A stretch of 62,940 nt of DNA, filler included, from Lenisia limosa (GCA_001655205.1; 12 parts of 12 records of this genome joined end to end with filler, not necessarily neighbours in it); one strand, 5' to 3'; shown: positions 35,601 to 47,913, numbered from the whole stretch's first letter. The notes: a model not told the origin generated them from the sequence alone. A program made the numbers and translations.

Positions 35601-37630
35601 TATCATATATTTTGTACAATAACCAATATCTGAATTAACCTCAAATAACGACGATGGTTACTTTGGAAGTGATGTTGAACTAATGATGCAGGCTGACCTG
35701 TCACGTGCCACACAGCGAGCAAAAGAGGCCGAGTTGGCTCTCAGCCACGCCCGGAACGAGGCAGATGAGGCGACAGAGAAACTAGAGAGTATGGGGGGTA
35801 TCGAATGGACAAAGCAAATTCATTCCAGTTTTTTTCCTTCCACATCCTTGGGCTATTTTGTTCCACTGCACCCTCCCATTCCTAATACTTCAGCATTACA
35901 GCACACCCAGTCCATGGAGCAGCATTCCGTATGCTGAGGGGAGGGGAGTAGCTAACAACCAATCACTGAGGGATGGGGGCTAACTCAATTCCCGATAACA
36001 TTAGTATTTTGTCCGTGAACAGTACAGTCTGGATGTTAAATACTACGTATTAGACACTCTTGTTACCTCCCCTGCAGGTTGCCTCGGCAGCAAAAGAACT
36101 GGAGGAAACTAAGCAGCAGCTCCAGTTGTCATCACAACGAGTGGCTAAGTTGGAGCAGAGCAATACAAGGTGGGGATTCGACTATATTAAACTATGAAAC
36201 CTCTCCTTTGTCGTACCATGTACTCTTCTGCCATGCGTGTGGTTTATTTGAGACTATTAACCCGCGGTTCTCGAATTGAATATTGTGTTTGTGTGTGAGG
36301 AGTAAAGTATCAAAGCCATCGGNNNNNNNNNNNNNNNNNNNNNNNNNNNNNNNNNNNNNNNNNNNNNNNNNNNNNNNNNNNNNNNNNNNNNNNNNNNNNN
36401 NNNNNNNNNNNNNNNNNNNNNNNNNNNNNNNNNNNNNNNNNNNNNNNNNNNNNNNNNNNNNNNNTGAAGGCGATGTCATCTCTTCCAGAGAGGTTTCATT
36501 ACAACATTTGGTGGGCACTACTATTTGTTCATTACTTTCAATACTGTCTAAAAGGGTAAGGGATGATCACCTTTTTCCAGTAGAAAAAAATATATCAGCA
36601 AAATCACAAGTATATTACATGGATAGCGGTACAAGAATCGGGCGTTTTGTTTTTGAATATTCGTGTATGTTTCACTGTGTAGGCGAGTGTTTATTTTCGT
36701 TTTCTTTGTTCCAACTATTCCCCTTGTTCACCACCCCCAGGCGCAACTTGAAGTTGCTGAATCCGACTTAGAAGCCATGAAGCGAGAGGCAAGCCCTGCA
36801 GCAGCTCAGTTTAAGCTGGCTTCTGAGCAACAAAAAGTGGGGGGTGTGAACGGTTTTGATTCAGAGGATTTCTTTGAGTGAGAGTTCTGGGGTTTTTGTT
36901 TGTGTTTCATAAATTTTCCAATTTTACCCCCCCCCCCCNNNNNNNNNNNNNNNNNNNNNNNNNNNNNNNNNNNNNNNNNNNNNNNNNNNNNNNNNNNNNN
37001 NNNNTTGAGGAAACGGAGGCGAATGTGGGGCATTTCGGATGGCTTTTCATTGGGAATTTCGGGTGGTTAATGAGGCTTTTTCAGTGCATGTTACACTTGA
37101 TTGATTTGATGCACATTCATTTACCTTACGCCAATATTCTTCATCGATATTACTTCTTTTTACTTTCAGATTATCCGGTTCGTGATTAGTACCTTTACGC
37201 CAATATTCTTCATCGAAATTTCCTTCGTTTTACTCNNNNNNNNNNNNNNNNNNNNNNNNNNNNNNNNNNNNNNNNNNNNNNNNNNNNNNNNNNNNNNNNN
37301 NCCCACAAACTGAAGCAGCAGCTCCAGGTGGGCGTCAATTCATTTGTCCTTCACCCATTCTCCATCATCATCCCATTATCATCGTCACCACCCATTCTCA
37401 TGGCTTTCAGGCTGCTGAGCAACAGACTTCAGTAGTTCAACAAAAGTCCACCCAGCAAATTAATGAGCTGGAGGAGTCGCATAGCAAGGAAGTGGAAGAG
37501 CTGAGAATCAAGGTAGACCTCCTCTTTCACAGAGTATTTTAGTCATACTTGGCTCCTGTTTGTATTGTTCTGACTCCTCATAGCTTGCTTCTTCCGAGCA
37601 AAAACTCGGAACTCAAGAAAGCCTGCAACG
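29680..37630 (+). CDS. Very long coiled-coil protein (about 25-30 exons, 3' partial)
   Basis: Starts MENASDVSEGESEVLVAAYRSFKLE-GQASQRLLPTFDFDDEP. Heptad-rich exons NQEIEELRKANMALQHSQKSLQ, MSLEKATSELQTHKRSIEALKTEKEKKQL, SLATTEGNVGVLEADLALVRRKAVRFEKEAVAAVTRAAQQEAEIDSLRR, ADLSRATQRAKEAELALSHARNEADEATEKLE and QQINELEESHSKEVEELRIK. Confidence 0.8.
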
Positions 37631-38199
37631 TATAGGGGAGGGGAGGGGGGTAACACGAAGGAAANNNNNNNNNNNNNNNNNNNNNNNNNNNNNNNNNNNN
37701 NNNNNNNNTTAATTAATTAANNNNNNNNNNNNNNNNNNNNNNNNNNNNNNNNNNNNNNNNNNNNTGTTCCCGCACAACGCCTCGCGTATCACGTCGATAC
37801 ACTTGTCAGACAAGGTGCTGTGTGCTGTTTATGAGGGTGGGAGGGGTGTTTTGGAAACAGTTTTGTAACAGTATTGTTTTTATAAGTAAACAGTCTATTG
37901 ATGATAGGTCGGTGATGATGAGTGGAGTGTTGCCTGGAGGAGGAACTTATGAGGTGGATGTTGGTGTTTAGGGTTTTATGATTCTTTTTTTTTGCACGGA
38001 GTCCTTTATATTTCTGAGCATTGATGCTCGTATTTGTTTTATTATTATTTTATATCCTTGTTTATTTGAACGCCCAAGGTCACGCGTTTTGTCTGACTGC
38101 GCGCTACGTCGAAGACGCGTGGTTCATGCCCGAAGTGGGGTGAAGATAAAATACGCCAAAACTCCTTATATAATAAATAATCCCTGTTTTCTCACCATC

Positions 38200-38850
38200 T
38201 TAATAAATAATCCCAGAATAATTGACAGTCCCTCGTGGAATCCCCCCCCCCCAAACACCCAGTGGTGCGACTTTGTTGTCAGCCAACAGAATTGATTTTG
38301 AGGTTTTTTCCTTTCATAAGTTCCCAGGTTGTCGGGTGGAAAGAGCCCTTTATTGGCGGCGACATTGGTTCAGCCAAAATCGTAACCGTCAATATCCCCA
38401 AGGAGTCTTCAGCCTTCTTGACCATGGGTATGGGGGATGAGTGTGTGAGTAGGGCTTCTCTATGGTCCGAAAAAGACCGTTGAAATATCGATATTTATAG
38501 AGGATTCATCTGTCTTTTTTGGGACCATAAGGGGATTGATGTTCCCCTCTGCCCCTCCCCAAACCCTCTTTGTCCCTTTTACCCCACAGACGATGGCCGG
38601 ATTCTTGCCTTTGGCTATAACACCTGGGGACAACTCGGCTCTGGACTGTCTAGCTACAAGCTGGCCACTCCTACTGAGGTAGGATCTGTGCTTGTTTTCA
38701 ATTTGTACAGACATATATTATATTGTCTATGCATGAAGAGATATTCACACTATTGTAGGTTCCAAACCTTTCTCACCGAGGAGTGGAGAAGATTTTGTTC
38801 TACTCCAAGCAGTACATGAACACGAACCCCTCCTATGTTGCTCTCGATAG
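38200..38850 (+). CDS. RCC1-repeat protein (partial)
   Basis: Spliced ...SAKIVTVNIPKESSAFLTM-DDGRILAFGYNTWGQLGSGLSSYKLATPTE-VPNLSHRGVEKILFYSK matches the RCC1 repeat pattern (DG.v..fG.N..GQLG.G). Confidence 0.7.
38452..38535. mobile_element. MITE subfamily B copy
   Basis: TA|GGGCTTCTCTATGGTCCGAAAAAGAC...GTCTTTTTTGGGACCATAAGGGGA. Confidence 0.7.
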
Positions 38851-39001
38851 GGGTTGGGGGGGGGGGGCTGTATGGTTGGTTTTTTTCCGTTTGGTGGGGG
38901 GNNNNNNNNNNNNNNNNNNNNNNNNNNNNNNNNNNNNNNNNNNNNTTAATTAATTAANNNNNNNNNNNNNNNNNNNNNNNNNNNNNNNNNNNNNNNNNNN
39001 N

Positions 39002-42000
39002 ATTTACCCTTGGTCTTGTGTGTCGCATGAAACAAGGTACTGGGGAGACAAATCGGTTTGGCTACTACCTGCATGGTTAATAGTGTCTTAAAGGGTTCAT
39101 GAGAAAAAGAGATATCGATATTGATGAAATAAACAATCATTTGTTTAATACTTTGTTTATAGTGAAAAAGAAAAACAACAAAAAAAGACCCCCATTTATT
39201 TCACTGGTTGAGGTTCCGTGAGGTTTTATTTCAAAATGATTACTGTGTACATTTTGAAAACTCCTGCACTCTTTTCGCGATTTAGGTAAGCGGAGTGTTG
39301 TGTGTCGTGTATGAAGGTTTAAGAGATGGATTGTTAAAATATCTCGCTGGAAAGCAATTCCCATTCATTCTACTATACGATATGTGATAATTATTTTAAA
39401 AAAATCTAAAACAGAGGATGCGTGGGGGAGATGCAGAGCACCATCGCGGTACCCATTATATGTTCCTTTTCTACGGAAAGGGACCAGAGAATGTGGCCAA
39501 AGCCTGTGTGGTAGAGGCTGGTACTTATCATTCTTTCGTCGTTCCCTGCGGCGTTTGGCCCGGATATACCAACCTCAAGGAAGGTTTTATTTGAGACAAC
39601 ATGGAAGATTATTCAATCTTATGTTAAACCGGTTCATTATTTCAGTAAAGTAAGCTTGTCACAAGGAAAGCACTTCTTACAGCAACGCATTGGTCGCGGT
39701 AGGAATTGGGGAACACATTGTTATTATCCCCATATTTCATTTTATTTAATCATCTTTAGGCTCGATGGTCAAGTTCGTGCAATATGACAACTCCTGTAAT
39801 GCAGCAACATCGCTGGATATACATGGCCCCTGGCTTGCCACCAATGTTCTGCTCTACACAGATGAGGTTGGTTTAGTTGCTGTCTCCGGTGCTTTATGCT
39901 CACTACCGTAGCTCCAACAGGCGTGTCATAGCCGGTGTGGGGAGGTATTCTGCGCAAAAGCGCTGCTCATGACACACATCTCTGGTATCTTGTAGCCGTA
40001 ATACCTAGTGTTTAGCAATGAGTACTTATGATTTAATTTAGTCCTTTTTGACCCCTCTCCTCCCGTAACGGTGTTTTTTGAGTCAGACTCAAGTCCCAAG
40101 CCACGAAAAGACATAAAGAAGAGGTAAGGCTAGTTTGTGTTGTTTGATGAGGACACCCATCTTTTGAGGTATTTTAGGGGTCCAATCCTTTGTAAAAACT
40201 GTTTTGGGATATGATGTTCTAGACAACTCCCCAAAAGATATAATATATGATCAAACGAAAAAAAAAAAGAGAAAAAAAAGAGACAAAGTGGTCAAACACC
40301 CCCCCCCCGCCCAACCAAAGAAAAGCACCCCACAAAAAAATTGCTCAACCCAGCCCATAATATTTCAAAAGAAACAAAAGATAATAAAAGGAAGAGAATA
40401 TTTCCAACAACACATATTTGAATTTGTATTATTATGTCTTATTATTTATAATATATGGGGAAGAAATAAAGGCGTACCAGTAAAATATCGAGAGTTTATC
40501 GAGGGTTTATCGAGGATTTATCGAGGATTTATCGAGGGTTTATCGAGGGTTTATCGAGGGTTTATCGAGGGTTTATCGAGAAATTCAGTCTTTATTCGAA
40601 CAGAAGTGAAGCCCTGCTCGCATACCTTGCGAATGGATACAGAACCGGTCGGTCATGGCCTCCACCGCTCCGAAAGCCCTGGAGTTATCAGTAAACACTT
40701 TCGGCTTCCAAAAGCCACGATATTTATGAGGATTTATTGCGGATTCAGTCTTTACTCGAACTGAACAAGCTCAGAATGGCCACATGCTCAGCAGGATGGA
40801 GATGATGAACATAAGGGTGAAAAGGAGAGGAGAGGGGTACAAACAATGTAGAACTGAAAATCAGACTGAACATGAGCCTCACAGTTAACAAAACCCACCA
40901 GCAAGAGCCGCAAGAGCCTTGGTTGTTAACTGTACTAATGGACGGACAATGTGGCCATTGGGCTGCAGAATCGAACTGCGTGGGAATTGTCTGAAGGGTG
41001 AATAACAGCTGATGTGTGATACTTGAGGTTTTAAAAAACGATTTTAATCTCAATATACAGTGACAGGGATAAGTCTGGACCGATTTGCTATGTGATTTCT
41101 CATTGAAAATCGGTCAAGACTAATCCTGGTCACTATATATCAAACTAAATTATTTAGTCTTCTGGAACCAAAAGACAATCTCTAACGAATCCACAGAGTT
41201 TGTTTATATGTTTTCTTCATGTATAGTTGTAGAAGCTTACCTCCACACTGTACGGTTCATGCACTCGGGATGAAAGCGATCTAGCAGGCCCTTTCCACCC
41301 AAGGAGTTGCCGACTTTCAGCCACGGTCATCTGAGCAAAAAGTGACGACTCCACTAAATAACATAAAAACACCAAATACACAGTGGATGAAGAGCGGGTC
41401 TTAGCAAGTGAAACGCGTAAATACGTGAACATATTTATTAAAAGATTCAGGGTTGGACTCAGATAGTGGCTCGGATGTCTCAGGTGAGTTACCAGAAGAT
41501 TGCCTTCCTGCTGACTCACTTCCATTCAAGACACCCCAGGATCCCGTAACAACAATATACAGACCAACTCCATTGCCAAACCTGGGAACCAAGTCGTGGC
41601 TCTTTTTCTCAGAATTTCCATTCGTTGTGGGGAATTGATCAATCGATCATCTATATTGTCAAAAGGGGTTCATCATATATATAGGGATAGATAAGTCTTG
41701 ACCGATTTGCTCTATGGTTTCCCAAGGAAAATCGGTCAAGACTTATCCCGGTCACTGTATGTCGAAAGAGGTTCATCCAAATATATGTCGAATATATCAT
41801 ATAGCTGCTATATATAGTATATATTCCACTGACACTTTTTTTACCATCCATAATATCAGATGATACTGTTATCGACCACGTATGATTTTTAAATTGTAAA
41901 AAGAGATTTCCTTGCGGTTCCAGAAGACATAAAAACTACAAAGTACCTCTCTGAAATTTATATTGAGAGAATTTCGAGAATAATAGATCGAGAATTCATA

Positions 42001-42451
42001 GTTTGAAGCTGAGCCATAAGTTCTTCTGTTCCAAAGGACCAGAGCCAACCTTCATCATGGCCAAAGACGACAGCGGGGTTGTTGAGGTTTTCCGGGTTGA
42101 TTGTCTTTGCCGACACATCGGCACATGGCTGGATTGTGGTTAGTAGACTTTGGAAAAAGCACATTGTCCATCCATCAGTGTAGAAATGGGCTACATGAGG
42201 CAAACTCTGTCCAACCATCATGTTTAAAGAATATGGTAGAAGTGCCTTTAGTTTAAAATGATTCCTTTATTGAGAAGATTTGATTGTGATTCATAGAGCT
42301 TCACTTTTGCTCTCAGTAATCATAATTAAATTCGACATATTCTTGAATATCAATTATATTGACGTTTTTGTGAAATCGAAGAGAAGCTCTTGTTGTTATC
42401 ATAAAGTCATACCAAAGGCAGCGCAAATCTAGATCTCTCAGGAGCACCCAT
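39002..42451 (-). CDS. CTSB: Cathepsin B-like papain-family (C1A) cysteine protease, 3' partial
   Basis: Propeptide exons DRLINSPQRMEILRKRATTWFPG and MTVAESRQLLGWKG. Mature region IPTQFDSAAQWPHCPSISTVNNQGSCGSCW-AFGAVEAMTDRFCIHSQ-GSSQTDLSPQYLVSCDTR; the last exon (39002-39075) joins in phase 1. Cut by the spacer at 38902-39001. Confidence 0.85.
39236..40214 (+). CDS. ~230-aa hypothetical protein nested antisense in a cathepsin intron
   Basis: Phase-consistent GT-AG splicing: MITVYILKTPALFSRFR-FKRWIVKISRWKAIPIHSTIRY-RMRGGDAEHHRGTHYMFLFYGKGPENVAKACVVEAGTYHSFVVPCGVWPGYTNLKE-VSLSQGKHFLQQRIGR-GSMVKFVQYDNSCNAATSLDIHGPWLATNVLLYTDE-LQQACHSRCGEVFCAKALLMTHIS-VLFDPSPPVTVFFESDSSPKPRKDIKK-RGPILCKNCFGI*. 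Confidence 0.6.
40476..40614. mobile_element. MITE family A copy with internal 11-bp tandem expansion
   Basis: Eight TTTATCGAGG(G/A) units at 40495-40580, then AAATTCAGTCTTTATTCGAACAGAAGTGAAGCCC. Confidence 0.85.
41058..41135. mobile_element. Tc1/mariner-like MITE family E
   Basis: TA|CAGTGACAGGGATAAGTCTGGACCGATTT...AAATCGGTCAAGACTAATCCTGGTCACTA|TA. Confidence 0.8.
41683..41757. mobile_element. MITE family E copy
   Basis: GATAAGTCTTGACCGATTT...AAATCGGTCAAGACTTATCCCGGTCACTG|TA. Confidence 0.8.
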
Positions 42452-42963
42452 GACAACGTCAACGTAATGTGACGTGACCGTGGTGGAGTCAAGTTTCTAG
42501 GGGTGACAGGGCTGGGAAGGAAACAGAATTGCAATTGGTATTGCGAACAACACTATTTATTGAATTCCAATGTGGGAATGATAGGTGACAGCATAATGAA
42601 TACAAATGAATGTGTGAGGAAAAGATAACTGAAAAAAGACATATTCCAGTTACAGGTTGTCACACAATAGATAATGATAAGATNNNNNNNNNNNNNNNNN
42701 NNNNNNNNNNNNNNNNNNNNNNNNNNNTTAATTAATTAANNNNNNNNNNNNNNNNNNNNNNNNNNNNNNNNNNNNNNNNNNNNTTGCTCTCAATCCAATT
42801 TTACCTCAAACAATATTCTAGTAAGCAAAATTTTGTTTAGGGTACCGTGTCGTTGTTTTCCTTTTATCCTTAGATTTTATTTTTATATGTTGGCTTGCTC
42901 TTGTTATATTAATCATTATCATGAAACAGATAGATGCCTAATTCTTCATCATTAAACAAACAG

Positions 42964-45900
42964 ATGTTCACCAAGGTCTTTGTTCTGATCTTCACTCCCT
43001 GCTGCTTCTTCCTGTTCTGTATTCTGGTCTACTTATCAATTGCTGACGCTAGGTTGGTGGGTATATGAGATTTTGGACGTATTCTACATTTTGGCTTGAG
43101 AATGGGGTATTCATTTTTTGAAAAAAATCTGAAAAGTTGCAATATTAGTTTGATTTGGTGGTCCTGTTCATTTTTATTTCTTAATTTTTTACATTTAGAG
43201 TCTCTGAATGCAGTGTTTCATCGTTGTAGGTCTGGATTTCGCAATGAAAGGTCCAATCAGCTGGAAATTGTAGGCTTTTAGGGATTTGATTTTGTTTTGT
43301 TGTTTTCAACCATTATATGTTTCTAGCCGACAGAGTATATGTATTTCAGAAATTTTCAATGTTTTTACTTGCATAGTAGCTTTCGTTGCTTGTTTTTTTT
43401 TGTTTTCACCTTTACGTCAATACTCTTCATCGATATTTCCTTCTTATTCCCTTCTCCCTCTGCAGGCAAGAGAAATGGCATCGTCACTATCTAGCCTTCT
43501 TGAAACCGCACATTTCTCCGGGGTAAAAGTGTCACAGTCGTTCTTGAAAGAAAGGTGCGCGAGGGGGGGGGGGGGGNNNNNNNNNNNNNNNNNNNNNNNN
43601 NNNNNNNNNNNNNNNNNNNNNNNNNNNNNNNNNNNNNNNNNNNNNNNNNNCATTTTTGACCGACCGCCCTTGACCAATGAATATCTGCAACTAGATTACA
43701 TATAAGAAAAGTGGTTTTATGGGGTGCCTCCATGATTCAGATCGCTGAGTCATAACACGGATATTGAGAGTTTTCTTCATTCCATCTTGTCATGACTTTT
43801 CGTGCCAGTGCGTATATGTATAGAGGGGGAAGTACGTCTGATTTTTTAGGGCCCAAGGGGGGAATTTCACTCAAGAAGCAACCGATTACCTCTTTTCTGT
43901 CAGTAATGAGCTGAAAATGTTCAGTCAGGTTTGTTAGGGTGTTCATACTGGAACAACCCGAGGAGACCACACATGATGATATAATATGTAGTATATATGA
44001 TGTGAAATGAAGCACCGTATTTGCAATAAAGACCATAAAGGGTGAGAAAACCAATGGGAAAGACTTCATTGCCAAATAATATAGGCTTCCTTCACCACCC
44101 CTCCACAGATGCGCATTATTGACCCCAGCGGTATGGAAACAGTCCGGGTGAACTTCAACAACAAAGCAATGCAGGTTAGTCAAGAGCTTAGATTTCGAAA
44201 CCCCCCTCCCCCCCCCACCAGATACTTTTAAACGATATATTTTTGCTCTCCCTCANNNNNNNNNNNNNNNNNNNNNNNNNNNNNNNNNNNNNNNNNNNNN
44301 NNNNNNNNNNNNNNNNNNNNNNNNNNNNNNNNNNNNNNTCGCACCTGGTGATTTACAGAACAAAAGCGGTTTGATCTACTTCGAAGAAACTATGAAAAGC
44401 ACAACGTATGGGAGCTTTTCTGCTCGAAAGTAGAGTTATTTATCTAATAGATTCCACAATAGATATTCAGTATGCTAGGGAGGCACGCTGAAAGCTGCGT
44501 GGATTGAGTGAATTAATATTTTACTATAATTCAATATCTCTTATAAGCATGATGATGTGGACGGCTTCGGATATATACAAGCTTGTTTTTTATTTCTCAT
44601 TGCTATATATATGATATATATATGTATGTTCTTATTAAAACTCTGATCTTCACAGTAAACTCTACATTTCTCTCCTTGATTTGAATGTTGAAAATGGCGA
44701 AGTTGAAGTCCCGTGGAACCCTACTCTCAGGTTAGTTTGGGTAATGTTCTAAAAATAATTTATTTTATTATTATTTCTCTCGAAAATAGAACTACTGAAT
44801 CCTGAAATTCATGATAACTTGTTGTTAAAGGAACTGAACTGAACTGAACTGTCTTTTCTGTCATTTGTGTTGGGATTTTTGTCGCAGTTAACCGCCGGAT
44901 ATTTGTGACCCTAGTTCCAATAAAGACTTTAATTAATCATTATGACCATAGTTCCAATAGAGACTTGTGTTTCATCACCACATACATAGATACGGTGCAG
45001 TGATCTCCCCCACTCTTGGCTGCCTAATAATCAATCATGACGCTTCCCTGCTACTTAGTCCGGTCAAGGCCGTGGATTCTGGCAGACTTGTGAATGCCCA
45101 AGGGTGGGTGGGGGGTATTATTGAAAAGTTTAAAGGGAAGTATTATTTGATGGAGGATTCCTCTTCGGTTCGAAAAAATATCTGAATGTCTCGATTATTC
45201 CTCGAAAACTCTCGATGCTTTCTGGAACCGAAGTGAAGCCTGAGATGGGGAGGGTGTGGTTCATGTGGTCCGGTCAAGTCTGTGAATTCAGGCCGACTGG
45301 AATTGGGGTAATAANNNNNNNNNNNNNNNNNNNNNNNNNNNNNNNNNNNNNNNNNNNNNNNNNNNNNNNNNNNNNNNNNNNNNNNNNNNNNNNNNNNNNN
45401 NNNNNNNNNNNNNNNNNNNNNNNNNNNNNNNNNNNNNNNNNNNNNNNNNNNNNNNNNGTAATGACAAAAGCGGGTATTTTTTGAAGTTGGTAGGGGAGTA
45501 TTGTTACGTGGTACTCAAAAGAAGCCATGCTTCTTCCGCTTACACTGAGAGCTTCACTTCGTTTCGAAAAGGACCGGTAAAATATCGATAGTTTTCGAGG
45601 ATTTATTGAAACTCAGTCTTTGTTCGAACCGAAGTGAAGCCGTACTTACACTGTCATTATTCGACATTTCCCAAACCCCATTAATAACTAATTTATTCCA
45701 CCTAATTCACTTAGGTACTATCTGGTCTCTGAGAATCGCCAGGACATCTTTGCCACGTCATCGCATGAATTCGGCTGGCAGTTGACTTATGAAAAGGTTG
45801 GCTCCGAGCGGTTTTTGTTTTTGTTTCACAAATTTTCCATTTTCAATCCCCACGGCCTGGTTTTATGTTTGTCATCCATTTTCAATGCCCACGGCCTGTG

Positions 45901-46964
45901 TTATCCATTTTTAATCCCCACGGCCTGGTTTTATGTTTGTCATCCAGTTTCTGTCTCGTTTTTACGTTGGTTGCTCGTGTTTGTTACTGCTTTTTTGGAG
46001 TTTAAAAAACTAATCTAATATTCTTCATCGAAATTTCCTTCGCCACCCCCGCTACCAATTTAAGCCAGTTTTCTTCATCGATATTCTCTTGGGTTTAGTC
46101 CATTTTAAGCCAATACTCTTCTTAACAAAATACTTCGTCTTAACTTTTCTATGGTATCCTGAATTATTTTGCTTGCCAATCCCAACTAAAAACCCCCCCA
46201 TTTGCCATATTTTTCATTGAAATTTTCTTTGATTTACTCCGCCAGCCTGATTCTGACGAAGCTCACGCAGCCCAATTCGCTAAAAAGTACCCTGGACCGT
46301 GGGAAACGATCCAAGACGATCTGTTGGCCAAGTGAGGACTTAATTGGAGGGAGTGATTATTAGATTTGGACGGTCACAGTTAATACCTATCATATGCGTG
46401 ATAAATGTGAAGATACAAATTGTCGGCCAGATACTGGTGTTGACATTTTCGGCCTGATACCGACTTTTTTAAAATGTATCAAGACCTACGATATGAAATA
46501 TCTGTTTTGTCATGTTGATAAGATCGCCCAATAATATTTTAAGATCGGTGTGATATTTATGAAGATCAGAGATCTCATTTGTCACTCATTGACGTTATTA
46601 GCACCACGAGCGGGACTGTTGACGATGATAATATGGTCATTGCTTGGTCTGTTGTACACCCGAGGGTGGGAGAAAGCTTGTCAACTCTCGAGCTTCTCCA
46701 AGGTATGGGCTTATAAAAGTCTTCTTTTTTTCAAAGAAAGGCTTACCACTATAAACATACAGTGACCAGGATAAGTCTTGACCAATTTGCTCTATGATTT
46801 CCCAAAGTGAAGGAACGCTTGTAGACGGCTTCTGCCGAATGCTTCCTTTTTTCAACTCTACAGATGTGCATGATCATATGACATTGTCTGGTTTTCAAAA
46901 ATCTTTGGACATTATCAAAACCGATGGGGAGAAATTGCTTCTCACTCCTATGTACTGCCCCCCC
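42964..46964 (+). CDS. Membrane-anchored or secreted protein with a bacterial-type dCache-like sensor domain (3' end unresolved)
   Basis: N-terminal hydrophobic MFTKVFVLIFTPCCFFLFCILVYLSIADAR. Exons MRIIDPSGMETVRVNFNNKAMQ, APGDLQNKSGLIYFEETMKST, KLYISLLDLNVENGEVEVPWNPTLR, YGAVISPTLGCLIINHDASLLL, DIFATSSHEFGWQLTYEK and AAQFAKKYPGPWETIQ follow, in order, the motif series I recall from bacterial Cache sensors (R.ID..G.E.VRVN; LQ.K..R.YF.E.M; YIS.lDLN.E.G.vE.P..P.lR). Confidence 0.7.
44481..44606 (-). repeat. Family D dispersed repeat
   Basis: Reverse complement matches 26041-26188. Confidence 0.75.
45158..45241. mobile_element. MITE family A copy
   Basis: CTCTTCGGTTCGAAAAAATATCTGAATGTCTCGA...GAACCGAAGTGAAGCC. 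Confidence 0.75.
45549..45642. mobile_element. MITE family A copy
   Basis: GAGCTTCACTTCGTTTCG...CGAACCGAAGTGAAGCCG|TA. Confidence 0.85.
46760..46805. mobile_element. MITE family E half copy
   Basis: TA|CAGTGACCAGGATAAGTCTTGACCAATTTGCTCTATGATTTCCC. Confidence 0.7.
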
Positions 46965-47221
46965 NNNNNNNNNNNNNNNNNNNNNNNNNNNNNNNNNNNN
47001 NNNNNNNNTTAATTAATTAANNNNNNNNNNNNNNNNNNNNNNNNNNNNNNNNNNNNNNNNNNNNCCACAGTTATGTATGGTCACCTATGTGGAATGTGAA
47101 TGTACACTATATCATATATGGTTTTGAAGATCACCCACACCCACAAATTCGGATTTGTTCTCAGCTCCAGGAGACACTCTAACGATGTGAAAGGAATTAG
47201 CAATCAAATGGGTATAATGAT

Positions 47222-47305
47222 GGTATCTCTATGGTCCAAAAAGACTGACTTTCTCGATAATTCCTCAATAAATATCGATGTCTTTTTCCGATCGTAGGGA
47301 AGCCC
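47222..47305. mobile_element. MITE subfamily B copy
   Basis: CTCTATGGTCCAAAAAGACTGAC...CCGATCGTAGGGAAGCCC. Confidence 0.75.
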
Positions 47306-47654
47306 AAATCACAACAATCCAACTTATCATGAATAATGAGAAATGCGAATGGTATGAGAAAGTACTCGCCATCGCACCCCTCCAAAGAAAAAAAAAGGGG
47401 TAATTCTTCCTCCCTCCCCCCCCCCCNNNNNNNNNNNNNNNNNNNNNNNNNNNNNNNNNNNNNNNNNNNNNNNNNNNNNNNNNNNNNNNNCTAAGATTCT
47501 GTCTGGAGCCCATAAAACGTTCACTGCCCATTTGCAATCTGCCACCGCGTCCTAAAAGTTCCAGTTAAACACCAAATAAAACGGGAGCAAAACATTGAAA
47601 GTCAGAGTTGAATGGTGCTTCACTTCGGTTCGAAAAATATTGAATTTCTCGGTA

Positions 47655-47773
47655 GGGCTTGAAAAAATTTGCAAAATTTGAAGGGCAACATATTGTAATG
47701 TAAAATCAATTTCTGACACTTTAATTTCAAATTTTGTCAATTAATTTCTTCAAACAATCAATTGCACGGAGCC
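47655..47773. repeat. AT-rich dispersed repeat family F
   Basis: Shares AAAATTTGAAGGGCAA, TTTCAAATTTTGTCAATT and AATTGCACGGAGCC motifs with ~3098-3167, ~4205-4315, ~9824-9920, ~57845-57955 and ~59680-59800. Confidence 0.6.
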
Positions 47774-47913
47774 ATAATAAGGCCCATACCGATAAGAGAT
47801 GTTGGGTGGAAGTCAGCGTCGATGTCTTCCTTCTTCTGCGAGTCTCCCTGAGAGGGCAGTCAGTTGACATTTTGACAGAAATGAGAGGTGAGCGATGATA
47901 ACTATTGGTCATA

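Noticed and set aside
37900-37955. SGVLPGGGTYE as a chaperonin (CCT/BBS) motif
   Set aside because: A single short motif at a contig edge; flanking exons do not continue a chaperonin alignment.
39505-39545. AGTYHSF as a continuation of the RCC1 gene
   Set aside because: It lies across a spacer in a separate ORF with its own start, and no following GQLG motif is present.
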